Origin: a virus
Taxonomy: Duplodnaviria; Caudoviricetes
Length of the DNA: 64,000 nucleotides
Reading direction: 5' to 3' (one strand)
IMG/VR virus record: IMGVR_UViG_3300021958_000049
Coordinates: 1-64,000 of that record
In this document: piece by piece, positions 39,983 through 49,673 of the stretch
Numbering within the stretch: position 1 is the stretch's first letter
Layout: each line of letters starts with the position of its first letter
The notes under the pieces: model-generated
Database searches by the model: none
What the model saw: the letters and a program-made list of their open reading frames with translations, nothing else
What the model was told of the DNA's origin: nothing
Position numbers and translations under genes: made by a program

Positions 39983-41284
39983 ATGCTCGATATCGTAGAA
40001 TTTGAAAAAGTCTTTTATTTATATACATTAGACAATCCAAAATATTTTAAATCAATTAAGCAAGAATTCTTTGAAAATGAAGATCTTGGTTTAATGTATC
40101 GAGTATCTCAAACATTCTTCGAACGGTTTAAAGAATCACCATCATTAGATCAATTAAAGCTTTTAACTAAAGATCCTAAATTTAAAGAAAGATTAACGGA
40201 TTCTTTAGTTGATCTGGTTTTTGGTCAAAATTTAAAAACATACGATGATTCATGGATTCAAGAAACTACAGAAGCTTGGATATTATGGAAAAATCTAGAT
40301 AAAACAATATTAGATACAATTGAGTATGTAAAAACTGTAAAGGTAACACCACAGAATATTAAAGATATTGTTAATAAGACTAAAGGATTATTTGTTGAAA
40401 ATAATTCTATTGTTTTTGATGAATCTTTAGGTTTAAATTTCTTTGATCCTGATTCACATAAACCATCCGATGAGAGCAGAATAACAACCACCCATCAATG
40501 GATAGATCAACGAACTTCTGGTGGATATACATTAAAATCTTTAGTGGTTTATGCGGGTGAACAAAATATAGGTAAATCTATTTGGTTAGCAAACGATGCG
40601 GTTAGATATATTCAAGAAGGACATGATGTTGCATTTATATCTGCCGAAATGTCCGATGGAGATGTGGTAAAACGTTTAGGTGCAAATTTATTAAATGTAG
40701 CAATTTCTAAATATCGAGATTTTGCAAAAGATCCTAACAAAGTTAAGAAAAAATTAAATTCTCTTTCAGGATCAATTATTCCTCCAGGAAACTTATATGT
40801 AAAAGAATTTCCAACATCACAAGCTACGGTTCCAGATCTAGAATCTTATTTAAGAACTCTTGAAGATACAAAAGGAATTAAACTAAAGGTAATTGTTGTT
40901 GATTACATTAATATATTATCAAATCACCGAAATCCTAATAGTGAAAATACATATATGAAGATTAAGCAAATAGCCGAAGATCTTCGAGCAATGGCACAAA
41001 GGAACGAGTGGTTAATTATTACAGCAACACAAATTAATAGAAGCGGATACGATTCATCTGAAATTACTATGGGTAATATTGCAGAATCTGCAGGTTTATC
41101 ACACACAGCCGATGTTATGTATGGTATCATACAAGACTCATCAATGCATTTAAACAACGAGTATTGGTTAAAATTAATGAAAATGAGAAACGGTCAAGGT
41201 AAAAATAGTAAATGTAGATATACAATAAATTACGAGTATATGAGATTGATGGAAACTGATGAAATTGTAGCTTCATTAACTTAA
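39983..41284 (+). CDS. gp41: Replicative DNA helicase (gp41/DnaB-like)
   Basis: GEQNIGKS, ISAEMS, IVVDYINI, TATQINRSG and IAESAGL. Confidence 0.92.
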   Translation: MLDIVEFEKVFYLYTLDNPKYFKSIKQEFFENEDLGLMYRVSQTFFERFKESPSLDQLKLLTKDPKFKERLTDSLVDLVFGQNLKTYDDSWIQETTEAWILWKNLDKTILDTIEYVKTVKVTPQNIKDIVNKTKGLFVENNSIVFDESLGLNFFDPDSHKPSDESRITTTHQWIDQRTSGGYTLKSLVVYAGEQNIGKSIWLANDAVRYIQEGHDVAFISAEMSDGDVVKRLGANLLNVAISKYRDFAKDPNKVKKKLNSLSGSIIPPGNLYVKEFPTSQATVPDLESYLRTLEDTKGIKLKVIVVDYINILSNHRNPNSENTYMKIKQIAEDLRAMAQRNEWLIITATQINRSGYDSSEITMGNIAESAGLSHTADVMYGIIQDSSMHLNNEYWLKLMKMRNGQGKNSKCRYTINYEYMRLMETDEIVASLT

Positions 41285-41297
41285 TAAAATAAAAATT

Positions 41298-41795
41298 ATG
41301 TGGGAAGACGAAAACACAAACGATAACGAAGAAAACAAAATACCAGATCCATTAGATAGAACCTCATCTTTACAGGATGATAAGATATTTAATAACAATT
41401 ATGAACTGACTGAATATGATGGTACACCTATTAGCTTTACACCGGTTGATGGTTATGAATCTAATTTAACAGAAGCAGATATTGAGTATGGAATGATATA
41501 TGATATCGTTTCAAAATTCTTAGCTAAAAGCAAATACGAAAAATATAATAAACCTGATAAAGAAGGAACTTTTAAGAAATTAAATAAAATGCAAATAAAT
41601 GAAGTGTATTCATATACATTATCAGAATTTGGTGGTTTTCCTAAGGTACAATTATTTTCAGTAGTACAAGATTATTTTGATATCAATTCAAATAAGTTTT
41701 ATGATTCGTTATCAAATACATTTAAGAAAGAATTAATAGAAGAATTAAGAAACGGAGGTTCGTTGAAAGAGAAAACTGGAGGACCGTTATTTTAA
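41298..41795 (+). CDS. Hypothetical protein; weak candidate for a gp33-like late-transcription co-activator
   Basis: Acidic N-terminus, helical C-domain and a C-terminal GPLF. The gp33 resemblance is weak and by eye only. Confidence 0.25.
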   Translation: MWEDENTNDNEENKIPDPLDRTSSLQDDKIFNNNYELTEYDGTPISFTPVDGYESNLTEADIEYGMIYDIVSKFLAKSKYEKYNKPDKEGTFKKLNKMQINEVYSYTLSEFGGFPKVQLFSVVQDYFDINSNKFYDSLSNTFKKELIEELRNGGSLKEKTGGPLF

Positions 41796-41799
41796 CAAT

Positions 41800-42879
41800 A
41801 TGATAATACCGAATGGAAAGGCTAAAAGAGCCTGGATAATATCTGACACACATTTTGGCGCTAGAAACAACAGTGTTGAATGGTTAGAGCGAATGACAGC
41901 GTATTTTGAAGAATTTTTCATTCCACATGTAAAAGAAAACTACAAAAAAGGCGACATATTAATTCATTGTGGAGATGTTTATGATAATCGACAAAGCGTT
42001 AATTTACTCGTATTAAATAAAACTTTAAATTTATTTGAAAAATTTTCAGAAATATTTATAGATGGTATTTATGTGATTGCAGGAAATCACGATATCATGA
42101 GAAAAAATTCAAACGAAGTTACATCATTAGATACTCTTAAATATATTCCAAATGTAACTATATTAAAAGAACCTGCAACGCTAAAAACAAAAACTTCAAC
42201 ATCTTTGTTAATGCCTTGGAGGAAATCTGAATCTGATGAAAAGGTAGTTGTCAGTGGTAGTGATGCCGATTATTTATTTTGTCACACTACTATTCGTGGA
42301 GCTAAATTTGATAAATATCGACATTCTGGCGAAGGATTAGCAAGTAATGAGTGCAAACAATTCAAAAAGGTATTTACCGGCCATATCCATTTAGCACAAC
42401 AATATAAAAACATAAGATATGTAGGTAATCCATATCAAATGACTCGGTCAGATACCAATAATAAAAAAGGTTTTATATGTTTAGACTTTGAAACAGGAAC
42501 CGAAGATTTTTACGAAAATACGTACTCTTCTAAATTTGTAAAGTTGTATATAAATCGAGCGTTAGATTCAACTATGCAAGATTTAATAAATGCTGCTGAT
42601 AATAATTTCGTTGATGTGTATGTTCCTAATGATTACTTAATGAAATATCAAGTAACACCATTAATTGATGAATTAAGTAAAGTATCTAAAAAACTAGATG
42701 TTATACCATTTGAATTAGATGACAATGATAATTTAATGGAATATGATATTGACTATGATAAAACTTTAGATACCTATAATTTATGTGAAAAATTCGTTGA
42801 AGGCATGAGTATTGAAGGTGCAACAAAAACAAAAGTTTTATCTTTACTTAAACAAGTATATTTACAAAATAGCAAATAA
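41800..42879 (+). CDS. gp47: gp47/Mre11/SbcD-like nuclease
   Basis: ISDTHFG, HCGDVYD, AGNHD, FCHT and GHIH. Confidence 0.92.
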   Translation: MIIPNGKAKRAWIISDTHFGARNNSVEWLERMTAYFEEFFIPHVKENYKKGDILIHCGDVYDNRQSVNLLVLNKTLNLFEKFSEIFIDGIYVIAGNHDIMRKNSNEVTSLDTLKYIPNVTILKEPATLKTKTSTSLLMPWRKSESDEKVVVSGSDADYLFCHTTIRGAKFDKYRHSGEGLASNECKQFKKVFTGHIHLAQQYKNIRYVGNPYQMTRSDTNNKKGFICLDFETGTEDFYENTYSSKFVKLYINRALDSTMQDLINAADNNFVDVYVPNDYLMKYQVTPLIDELSKVSKKLDVIPFELDDNDNLMEYDIDYDKTLDTYNLCEKFVEGMSIEGATKTKVLSLLKQVYLQNSK

Positions 42880-44549
42880 TGAGAATAAAAAGCGTAGAAT
42901 GGAAAAACTTTAATGGATATGGGAATATACCATCTAAAATCGATTTTACTCGAGATGGTATGCTTTATCTTTTAGTCGGCCAAAATGGCGCAGGAAAAAG
43001 CACAATAGCTGAAGTACTAACATACGCATTGTATGGTAAAGTTGAAGGTAAGCGACTGGGTGATTTAGCAAATCGCATTAATCGAGGTATGGAAGTTACA
43101 TTAAATATGTCTTGTAAAGGAAAGGATATTACAATTAAACGAGGCATATCTCCGAATTATTTTGAATTGTTTATTAACGATGAACCATACGATCAAGCCG
43201 GCAATAAAAACGTACAGGATTATATGGAAACTGAATTATTAGATATTCCATATCAAGTTTTTAAAAACATTATTATGCTATCAGTCAACGATTTTAAATC
43301 GTTTTTGACTATGTCACGAGGTGATAAAAGAAATATTGTTGATCGATTGTTTGGATTCACGGTAATTAATGCTATGAGAGAATCTATACGAGAAAAGCGT
43401 AGAGAGGTAAAGCAAGATATTCAAACATTATACGATGAATTAAATATACTTGAAGAAAGCATAGATTCAATCAATGAAAAAATTGAAATACTTAAAAAAG
43501 AAAAGCGAGTAGATCAATCAAAATTGATTGAGGAATATCAAGATAAATTATCTGCCATCGAGCAAAAACATGCAGATACATCAGATAAATTGAAAATATT
43601 AAATAATAGATATACCGAATTTAAAAAGATAGTTCAAGAGAAATCATCTAGTGAATCAACTATTACCACTAATTTGCTCGATATTAAAAAACGGTTAGAT
43701 TTATTTGAAAAATCAAAATGTCCGACATGTGGAAGTGAATTCGATATGAACGGTGAACACGGTCATATTAAAGAAAGTTTACTTGATGATGCAAAAACAA
43801 ATAAAATAGAATTAAAGGAAATACGATCAGAGCTAGAATCTGCCCAAACAAACTTAGATAAATGTGAAGGTTTTATTAGATCCTCGAAAGATAGTATCGT
43901 TAGATTAGAAACTTTAACATCACAATATAAATACGAGCTAGATCAAATAGTATCTAAATCAGAGAAAAAGGATTTTCAATATCTCAAACAACTTATTACA
44001 GAAAATAATAAAAAGACACAAGATAAATCAGGTCAAAAGTATAAGCAAGAAAATGAAGATAAGTTTTTAGAATTAGTGGAGACGATATTAGGGGAAGAAG
44101 GTATTAAAAATCTCGCATTAAAAACCATATTACCTCCACTTAATGCATCAATAGAATCTATGTTAAAGCAAATGCATATACCACATAGAATTAGATTTGA
44201 TGAAAAATTTGATTGTATCATAACATCGTTAGGTGAAGAAATAAATCCTAACACTATGAGTACAGGTGAAAGAAAGAAATCAGATTTTGTAATTATCATT
44301 GCAATGATTAAATTACTTAAGGTTCGTTATCCATCAATTAATTTACTCTTCTTAGATGAAATATTCTCATCAATAGATGGTGGTGGAATTCACGAAATAA
44401 TAGCAATTCTAAAAGATACCGTCCAAGAAACAGGATTAAATACTTGGGTAATAAATCACTCAGAATTACCAGTAAATCTTTTTGATATAAAAGCAGAAGC
44501 CTTTAAAGAAGGTGGATTCTCTAAACTAAATTTAGAAACCATTACATAA
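42879..44549 (+). CDS. gp46: gp46/Rad50/SbcC-like ATPase
   Basis: GQNGAGKST, Zn-hook CPTCG, signature MSTGE and LFLDE. Confidence 0.92.
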   Translation: MRIKSVEWKNFNGYGNIPSKIDFTRDGMLYLLVGQNGAGKSTIAEVLTYALYGKVEGKRLGDLANRINRGMEVTLNMSCKGKDITIKRGISPNYFELFINDEPYDQAGNKNVQDYMETELLDIPYQVFKNIIMLSVNDFKSFLTMSRGDKRNIVDRLFGFTVINAMRESIREKRREVKQDIQTLYDELNILEESIDSINEKIEILKKEKRVDQSKLIEEYQDKLSAIEQKHADTSDKLKILNNRYTEFKKIVQEKSSSESTITTNLLDIKKRLDLFEKSKCPTCGSEFDMNGEHGHIKESLLDDAKTNKIELKEIRSELESAQTNLDKCEGFIRSSKDSIVRLETLTSQYKYELDQIVSKSEKKDFQYLKQLITENNKKTQDKSGQKYKQENEDKFLELVETILGEEGIKNLALKTILPPLNASIESMLKQMHIPHRIRFDEKFDCIITSLGEEINPNTMSTGERKKSDFVIIIAMIKLLKVRYPSINLLFLDEIFSSIDGGGIHEIIAILKDTVQETGLNTWVINHSELPVNLFDIKAEAFKEGGFSKLNLETIT

Positions 44550-44586
44550 TGGATATATAAAGAGAATACTAAAATTATTTGAATAA

Positions 44587-45627
44587 ATGTCTCAACTTTA
44601 CGATTTAGAATTTAACAAAAGTGATGTAGTTCTACGTAATATATTAATAGGTGTACTCGCGACGCTTAATAATAAAATGTATTGGTATAATAGAATTAGC
44701 CAAACTGAGAAGAAGAAAATTAACATTCCTTTTTATTTTAGTACCACTGGAGATGAGCGATTCTTGATGGATACATTTATGAATACGGTCTCTGCTGGTG
44801 GAACTGATAAGTCTAAAGCTGAGGGTGTATATAATCAAATACCTAGAGGTATAGTGCAATTAGATAATGTTGCTATTGACGCAGGTTCTATGACTAATAA
44901 GTACGTCAGAGCATTTTATTCTAGAATTCAAGAAGATGGAACTTTACGAACTAAAAGTTCTGAGGTATTTATGGTACCTTTAAAAATGCCATTCACTGTA
45001 GATATTTACGTAAATACCAATTTAGATATATTTAAAGCTATTCAGAGAGCTATTGAAATATTCTACAAACATCAAGTATTTCAAGTTGATATTGACGGTA
45101 CTCGAATACCGGCAGTAGCTTCAATGCCTGAAGATTTTTCTAAAGAAAGACCTATTGAATATTCATTTGGTGATAAAAAGGAATGGAAGGTAACCTTTAA
45201 TATAGAAGTTCAAACATTCTTACCAATATTTAAAAATGCCGAAAATGGATTCCTTGGACCTAACAATACAGAATTCGATGCATCAAACGTAATGCAAGGA
45301 TTTGGTTCAAATATAAGATTTGCCGATCAAGGAGGTATTAGTAGTATTAGTCCATTCGCTGCAGATTTTGGTGCTAACGATAATGCATTCGGTCCTGGAA
45401 GTAATAACCAAACAGCATCTGGTGTATCTGGATTTGAAAATAATACAGATTCTAATACAGGATCTTTTGATAATAGTGTAACGGACAATGTTAATGGAAA
45501 CGGACCTAATCAATCAGGAAATCAAGTTGATCCTACAAACACAGATAATCGAGGTGGATATGGTCCTACATGGCCAGTAAGAAATCCAACACCATTGCCA
45601 AAAAATGGTGGAGCTACGTCTAGCTAA
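44587..45627 (+). CDS. gp15: gp15-like tail terminator / sheath stabiliser with a low-complexity C-terminal extension
   Basis: LRNILIGVLATLN...INIPFYF...ERFL...IPRG...VPLKM.F.V.I...DIFKAIQ pattern, with GATATATA at 44552-44559. Confidence 0.65.
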   Translation: MSQLYDLEFNKSDVVLRNILIGVLATLNNKMYWYNRISQTEKKKINIPFYFSTTGDERFLMDTFMNTVSAGGTDKSKAEGVYNQIPRGIVQLDNVAIDAGSMTNKYVRAFYSRIQEDGTLRTKSSEVFMVPLKMPFTVDIYVNTNLDIFKAIQRAIEIFYKHQVFQVDIDGTRIPAVASMPEDFSKERPIEYSFGDKKEWKVTFNIEVQTFLPIFKNAENGFLGPNNTEFDASNVMQGFGSNIRFADQGGISSISPFAADFGANDNAFGPGSNNQTASGVSGFENNTDSNTGSFDNSVTDNVNGNGPNQSGNQVDPTNTDNRGGYGPTWPVRNPTPLPKNGGATSS

Positions 45628-45675
45628 ATAACTTAATTATTAAAGATAAATATATAAACAAAATAAAATTATACA

Positions 45676-47676
45676 ATGAGCAAATTAAAGAATTTTGACG
45701 AATTTGTCAATGAAAATTTGGTTATCGGAGGAACATACAAACACTTCGGACCTGGATCATTAGATCCTATTATTCAAAAGCTTATAGGTGAAGGAAAGAA
45801 CGAATCTATTATTAGAACATACTTAACATCACTTGGTGTTGAATCTTGGAGAATAGATAAAGCAATGTCTAAATTTGGTGGAGTTGAATTTTCAGGTGAA
45901 AAGAATATGAACGAAGCTAAATCAAAGAAAACTTTCGAAGAAACTGCAAATAAATTTCTTTCTGATATTAATGAAGAAGACGAAGAATCTATCGATGAAG
46001 CATCTCGTTGGAAAGGAAAGGAAATATTTCCTAATTGGGTTAAACCAAATGAAATTTCAGGATTAATCAAAAAAGAAAAGGATTTAGAAAAAGGTTCTAT
46101 GTACGCTTTATTAGACTTAGGTTTAGATGTTTGGCAAGCGGAATATGAATACGAAGGAAAGGTTGGGCCTATACATATATTTAAATCAACTGCTCAAGGA
46201 ACTAGCGATGATTCTAATATAGAATTTACTGATAGTGAATTAAAATCTGCACTTAAGAATTTAGAAATTGCAGTAATGGAAGCTTATCAAATGGCTATGA
46301 ATGAAGCTAAAATTAATAAAAACGCTAAACGTTCAATAAGACCTCATAATAAAGTAAAACCAGGAATGGTTGCTATAGACTATAATGACGAACCTTACAC
46401 AGTTGTTGGAGTTGGTAAAGCTAGTGAATTACTTGATTTTGATGATAGTGGAATTGCTGCTGATGGAATGGATATGGATGAACCAGCAATCGCAACAATA
46501 GGAAGAGGTGGTTATGCTGTTTATTCTTATATGCCTGATGGTGCCGTTGTTTACGAATCAGAAGTTAATGAAGCTAAATTTGTAAAAGATTTTAATAAAG
46601 ATGTTTTAGATGCTACTACAGAAAAGGAAGTAAAGTCAATATATCCTAAAGCGGTATTCTTTATCGGAAAACATTCACACTTTTTTGGAGAACTTGAAGA
46701 TAACTTATTCTTTAAAGCATACTATATTAAAGGAAGGAGTGAATTTGAAATCAAATCAATTTATTCTCAGAAAGGAAGTAAATATGTTCATTTATATCTT
46801 AATGAATCAATGGTTAATGAAGCTAAAAAATACACAATAAAAGATATTATATCTGCTTACAAAGACGCTTTTGGTGAAGATATCACGAAAGGCGATAGAG
46901 TAGATATAATAGACGATATCAAATCTGATTACAAAGGTAAGATCACTATAGATGACTTAAAGGCTATTTATGACGATAGATATGGTGAGGAAATTGAAGC
47001 AGACTTTTTGGATGCATTAGGCGAATCTGTTAACGAAGCTAAAAAGAAAACTTTTGAAGATGCTGCCGCTGCATTTATTTTAGGTCTTGCTGGTAGCGAC
47101 CAAATCGACGAAATGTCAGAAAACAAAATGCCAACTAACGAGGAAGTAACAAAATGTATTGCAGATGGAATGACTTACGAACAAGTTTGTGAGAAATATC
47201 CCGATGCAGATAAAGCAAAGTTAAAAGAAATGTACGAATCGTGTGGTAAAAAACATGAGAGTGTATCAGAAAAACTTAATAAAGAATCTCTTCAAATTGA
47301 AGAAGGTGACGGTGAAGATATTGATGATATGATCGACGATCTTGCCGATGGTGATGAAGATGAATATCAAGGTGCTGATGATGAAGCTCCTAAAGATAAA
47401 GATTCTGATGATTCTGATGATTCTGAATCTGGTTTAGATAAAGCAGTTAAAGATGCTAAAAAAGATAAGAAAAAACTAGATAAAATTAAAGACATATTAA
47501 CAAGCGAAGCGGAAGAAGTTGAGCTTGATAAAGACGGAAAAGAAGAAAAAGATAAAGAAAACATCGAAGACGAAGAAAGTGGAGATGAGATCGAAATCGA
47601 AGAATCCGTTGATAAGGAAAGTGATGCATACATGGCTGCAGTACTTGAAGGTCTTAAAAAGAAATTCAACGGGTAA
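45676..47676 (+). CDS. Putative head-packaged polyprotein made of tandem NE|AK-delimited cassettes, 666 aa
   Basis: Leader MSKLKNFDEFVNE; five NE|AK junctions plus further xxE|A/S sites; acidic tail. Confidence 0.55.
   Translation: MSKLKNFDEFVNENLVIGGTYKHFGPGSLDPIIQKLIGEGKNESIIRTYLTSLGVESWRIDKAMSKFGGVEFSGEKNMNEAKSKKTFEETANKFLSDINEEDEESIDEASRWKGKEIFPNWVKPNEISGLIKKEKDLEKGSMYALLDLGLDVWQAEYEYEGKVGPIHIFKSTAQGTSDDSNIEFTDSELKSALKNLEIAVMEAYQMAMNEAKINKNAKRSIRPHNKVKPGMVAIDYNDEPYTVVGVGKASELLDFDDSGIAADGMDMDEPAIATIGRGGYAVYSYMPDGAVVYESEVNEAKFVKDFNKDVLDATTEKEVKSIYPKAVFFIGKHSHFFGELEDNLFFKAYYIKGRSEFEIKSIYSQKGSKYVHLYLNESMVNEAKKYTIKDIISAYKDAFGEDITKGDRVDIIDDIKSDYKGKITIDDLKAIYDDRYGEEIEADFLDALGESVNEAKKKTFEDAAAAFILGLAGSDQIDEMSENKMPTNEEVTKCIADGMTYEQVCEKYPDADKAKLKEMYESCGKKHESVSEKLNKESLQIEEGDGEDIDDMIDDLADGDEDEYQGADDEAPKDKDSDDSDDSESGLDKAVKDAKKDKKKLDKIKDILTSEAEEVELDKDGKEEKDKENIEDEESGDEIEIEESVDKESDAYMAAVLEGLKKKFNG
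45907..47043 (+). repeat. Dispersed 15-bp direct repeats (G/A)T(T/G)AA(T/C)GAAGCTAAA at cassette junctions
   Basis: Copies at 45907, 46297, 46564, 46813 and 47029. Related copies are at 23878, 24115 and 29864. Confidence 0.8.
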
Positions 47677-47735
47677 TATCCTAAAAAAAGCCGGAGATAT
47701 ATAATTAAATTCTATAATAAAAAAAACACAACAAA

Positions 47736-49214
47736 ATGTCACAAGTTTTAGAAAATCTAGATTTGAGAGCTAAGTTAGAAAACTTACACGAGTCGTTGAA
47801 TGACCATAACGGTTCTTCAAAAGCGATTGTTGAAAGTTATATCAAACAATTAGACCTTAGATCTGACTATTCAATTTTAAGAGATTGTGTTGCAGAAATG
47901 GTGCAATATGACTGGTTAAATCAAGTAGATACATTTATCAATGAATCTAGAAAATATGTTGAAGATAACGAAGTATCTTTTGGTATATTAAACACTTTAG
48001 AATCTTTACATTCTAACAGAAACAAAGAAACTTTTTCTTCTGCAATTAATACACTAGAAGAATTAAAAGATCTTTCTGAATCAGAATTAAGAAAAAGACT
48101 TCCTAATAAAATGGCTGCTCATTCTTGGGTACCTGGAATTAAAGAATTAATTTCGTTATCAGAAGCTTTATCAGGTAAAAATTCTTCAACAAATAATAAC
48201 GTTACTAATAAAAGAACAGTATCTCCAGTTTTAGAAACTGAGTCCGGTGAATTTATTTTTAATATAGGAAAACGTCATTATTCAATGAATGAGAGTGGCG
48301 AAGTTAAATTAGCTAATAAAAACGATATTACATCAGAATTTTATTCATTAACTCGATTAGCTGAGAACTTTGTTCCTACGGAAGAAGGATTAAGAATGAA
48401 ATTAAGTAACGGAATCGTTGATATTACAGTTAACGAAAACGAAGATGGAACAATAACAAAAGAGCTCAAATTAGATGGAATTAAATTAGATGAAAATCAT
48501 TTATCATCTTCTTTAATGGCAACCGGTAAATTTAGAGCTGGTGAATATGATGTTATTAAAGTTTTAGAACATGCAGTACATTCTGCTGAAAAACTTGTAG
48601 AATTAGATTTTGTTGAGACTATCACATCTAATGTTTATGAAGGTGTTGAAGTTAATATTTTGAAAACTGATAATGGTGTATATGTTAACAAGATTAATGC
48701 ATACATGAACGAAAACGTTTTAGTTAAACCTGAAACCGCATCAGATGCTATTAATTTAGTAATGGAATACGTGAATTATGATATTACTAATAGTGTTAGA
48801 GATTTACTTGAAGGTGAGGCTAAAATCGAAGAAGGTCGTAAAAAAGAAGAATCTGATATTTACGAAAGAATTGATTTTATTCAAAACGAAATTTCTAAGA
48901 TATCAGAATTAGGAATGGATGAAATGGCTGAAATTAAAGAAGCCAAGAAAATTCTTAATGATTCACTTGAAGCAGAAAAGGCTAAATTGAACGCAATGTT
49001 TAAAACAAAAAATGTTGAGGTTCACGAGGCTTCTGATGCTGATTATGTGCCAGGTGAAATTAAAATGTCTGTTAAAACATACAAACCCGGAACTAAAGTT
49101 CAGGTTAATGCTGGACAATACACTGTGGCTGGTGCAAAAGATATGATTAGTGTTGTACTTCCTTCTAACGAAATAGTTGATGTACAAAAGAAATATCTTT
49201 CAGTAGAAATATAA
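47736..49214 (+). CDS. Putative prohead core / head-associated protein
   Basis: GATATATA at 47696-47703; several xNE|S and xxE|A/G sites; lies upstream of the head module. Confidence 0.4.
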   Translation: MSQVLENLDLRAKLENLHESLNDHNGSSKAIVESYIKQLDLRSDYSILRDCVAEMVQYDWLNQVDTFINESRKYVEDNEVSFGILNTLESLHSNRNKETFSSAINTLEELKDLSESELRKRLPNKMAAHSWVPGIKELISLSEALSGKNSSTNNNVTNKRTVSPVLETESGEFIFNIGKRHYSMNESGEVKLANKNDITSEFYSLTRLAENFVPTEEGLRMKLSNGIVDITVNENEDGTITKELKLDGIKLDENHLSSSLMATGKFRAGEYDVIKVLEHAVHSAEKLVELDFVETITSNVYEGVEVNILKTDNGVYVNKINAYMNENVLVKPETASDAINLVMEYVNYDITNSVRDLLEGEAKIEEGRKKEESDIYERIDFIQNEISKISELGMDEMAEIKEAKKILNDSLEAEKAKLNAMFKTKNVEVHEASDADYVPGEIKMSVKTYKPGTKVQVNAGQYTVAGAKDMISVVLPSNEIVDVQKKYLSVEI

Positions 49215-49241
49215 ATCTACCCTTACCCTTATATACTTTTG

Positions 49242-49266
49242 AATGGAGTCCTTCGGGGCTCCATTT
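49242..49266 (+). terminator. C(UUCG)G-loop hairpin terminator
   Basis: AATGGAGTCC-TTCG-GGGCTCCATT-T. Confidence 0.75.
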
Positions 49267-49295
49267 GAAACTTGTACAGATCAGCAGCATATAAC
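49267..49295 (+). promoter_or_regulatory. GAAACT-N17-TATAAC promoter-like element upstream of gp55
   Basis: Exact motif, starting immediately after the terminator hairpin. Confidence 0.7.
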
Positions 49296-49313
49296 TAATA
49301 TTAAATACATGAT

Positions 49314-49673
49314 ATGGCAAAAGTATATTTACGAAATAAAGATTTAGTAGCAGAGATTATTAAATCTAAGGAAGCTGGGAAACTAACTCCCGAAGCAACC
49401 GAAATGTTAATACTATTATCGGAAAGAGCAATCCGAAAATTAAAATATAAAAATCCAGAAGATAGATTAGATTGTTTAGCTTTTGCTCAATTAGATTTAT
49501 TTAAATATTGGGATCGTTTTAAGCCAGAAAAATCCACAAATGCATTTGCTTATTATACACAAATAGCAAAAAAGGGTTATGCTAAAGGTTGGAATAAATT
49601 GCATCCTAAGAAATATTCAGGAACCATTAGCTTATCAGGTGCATCTGATGATGGTGGCATATATTCTATATGA
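49314..49673 (+). CDS. gp55: gp55-like late-transcription sigma factor (compact, 119 aa)
   Basis: YLRNKDL, EDRLDC and RFKPEKSTNAFAYYTQI match the gp55 F.PEKS.NPFAYFTQI signature. Confidence 0.8.
   Translation: MAKVYLRNKDLVAEIIKSKEAGKLTPEATEMLILLSERAIRKLKYKNPEDRLDCLAFAQLDLFKYWDRFKPEKSTNAFAYYTQIAKKGYAKGWNKLHPKKYSGTISLSGASDDGGIYSI

Noticed and set aside
45907-47043. Junction repeats as a CRISPR-like or non-coding repeat array
   Set aside because: They are short, in-frame and irregularly spaced (216-390 bp) within one open reading frame, so they are better explained as encoded cleavage or recombination junctions.
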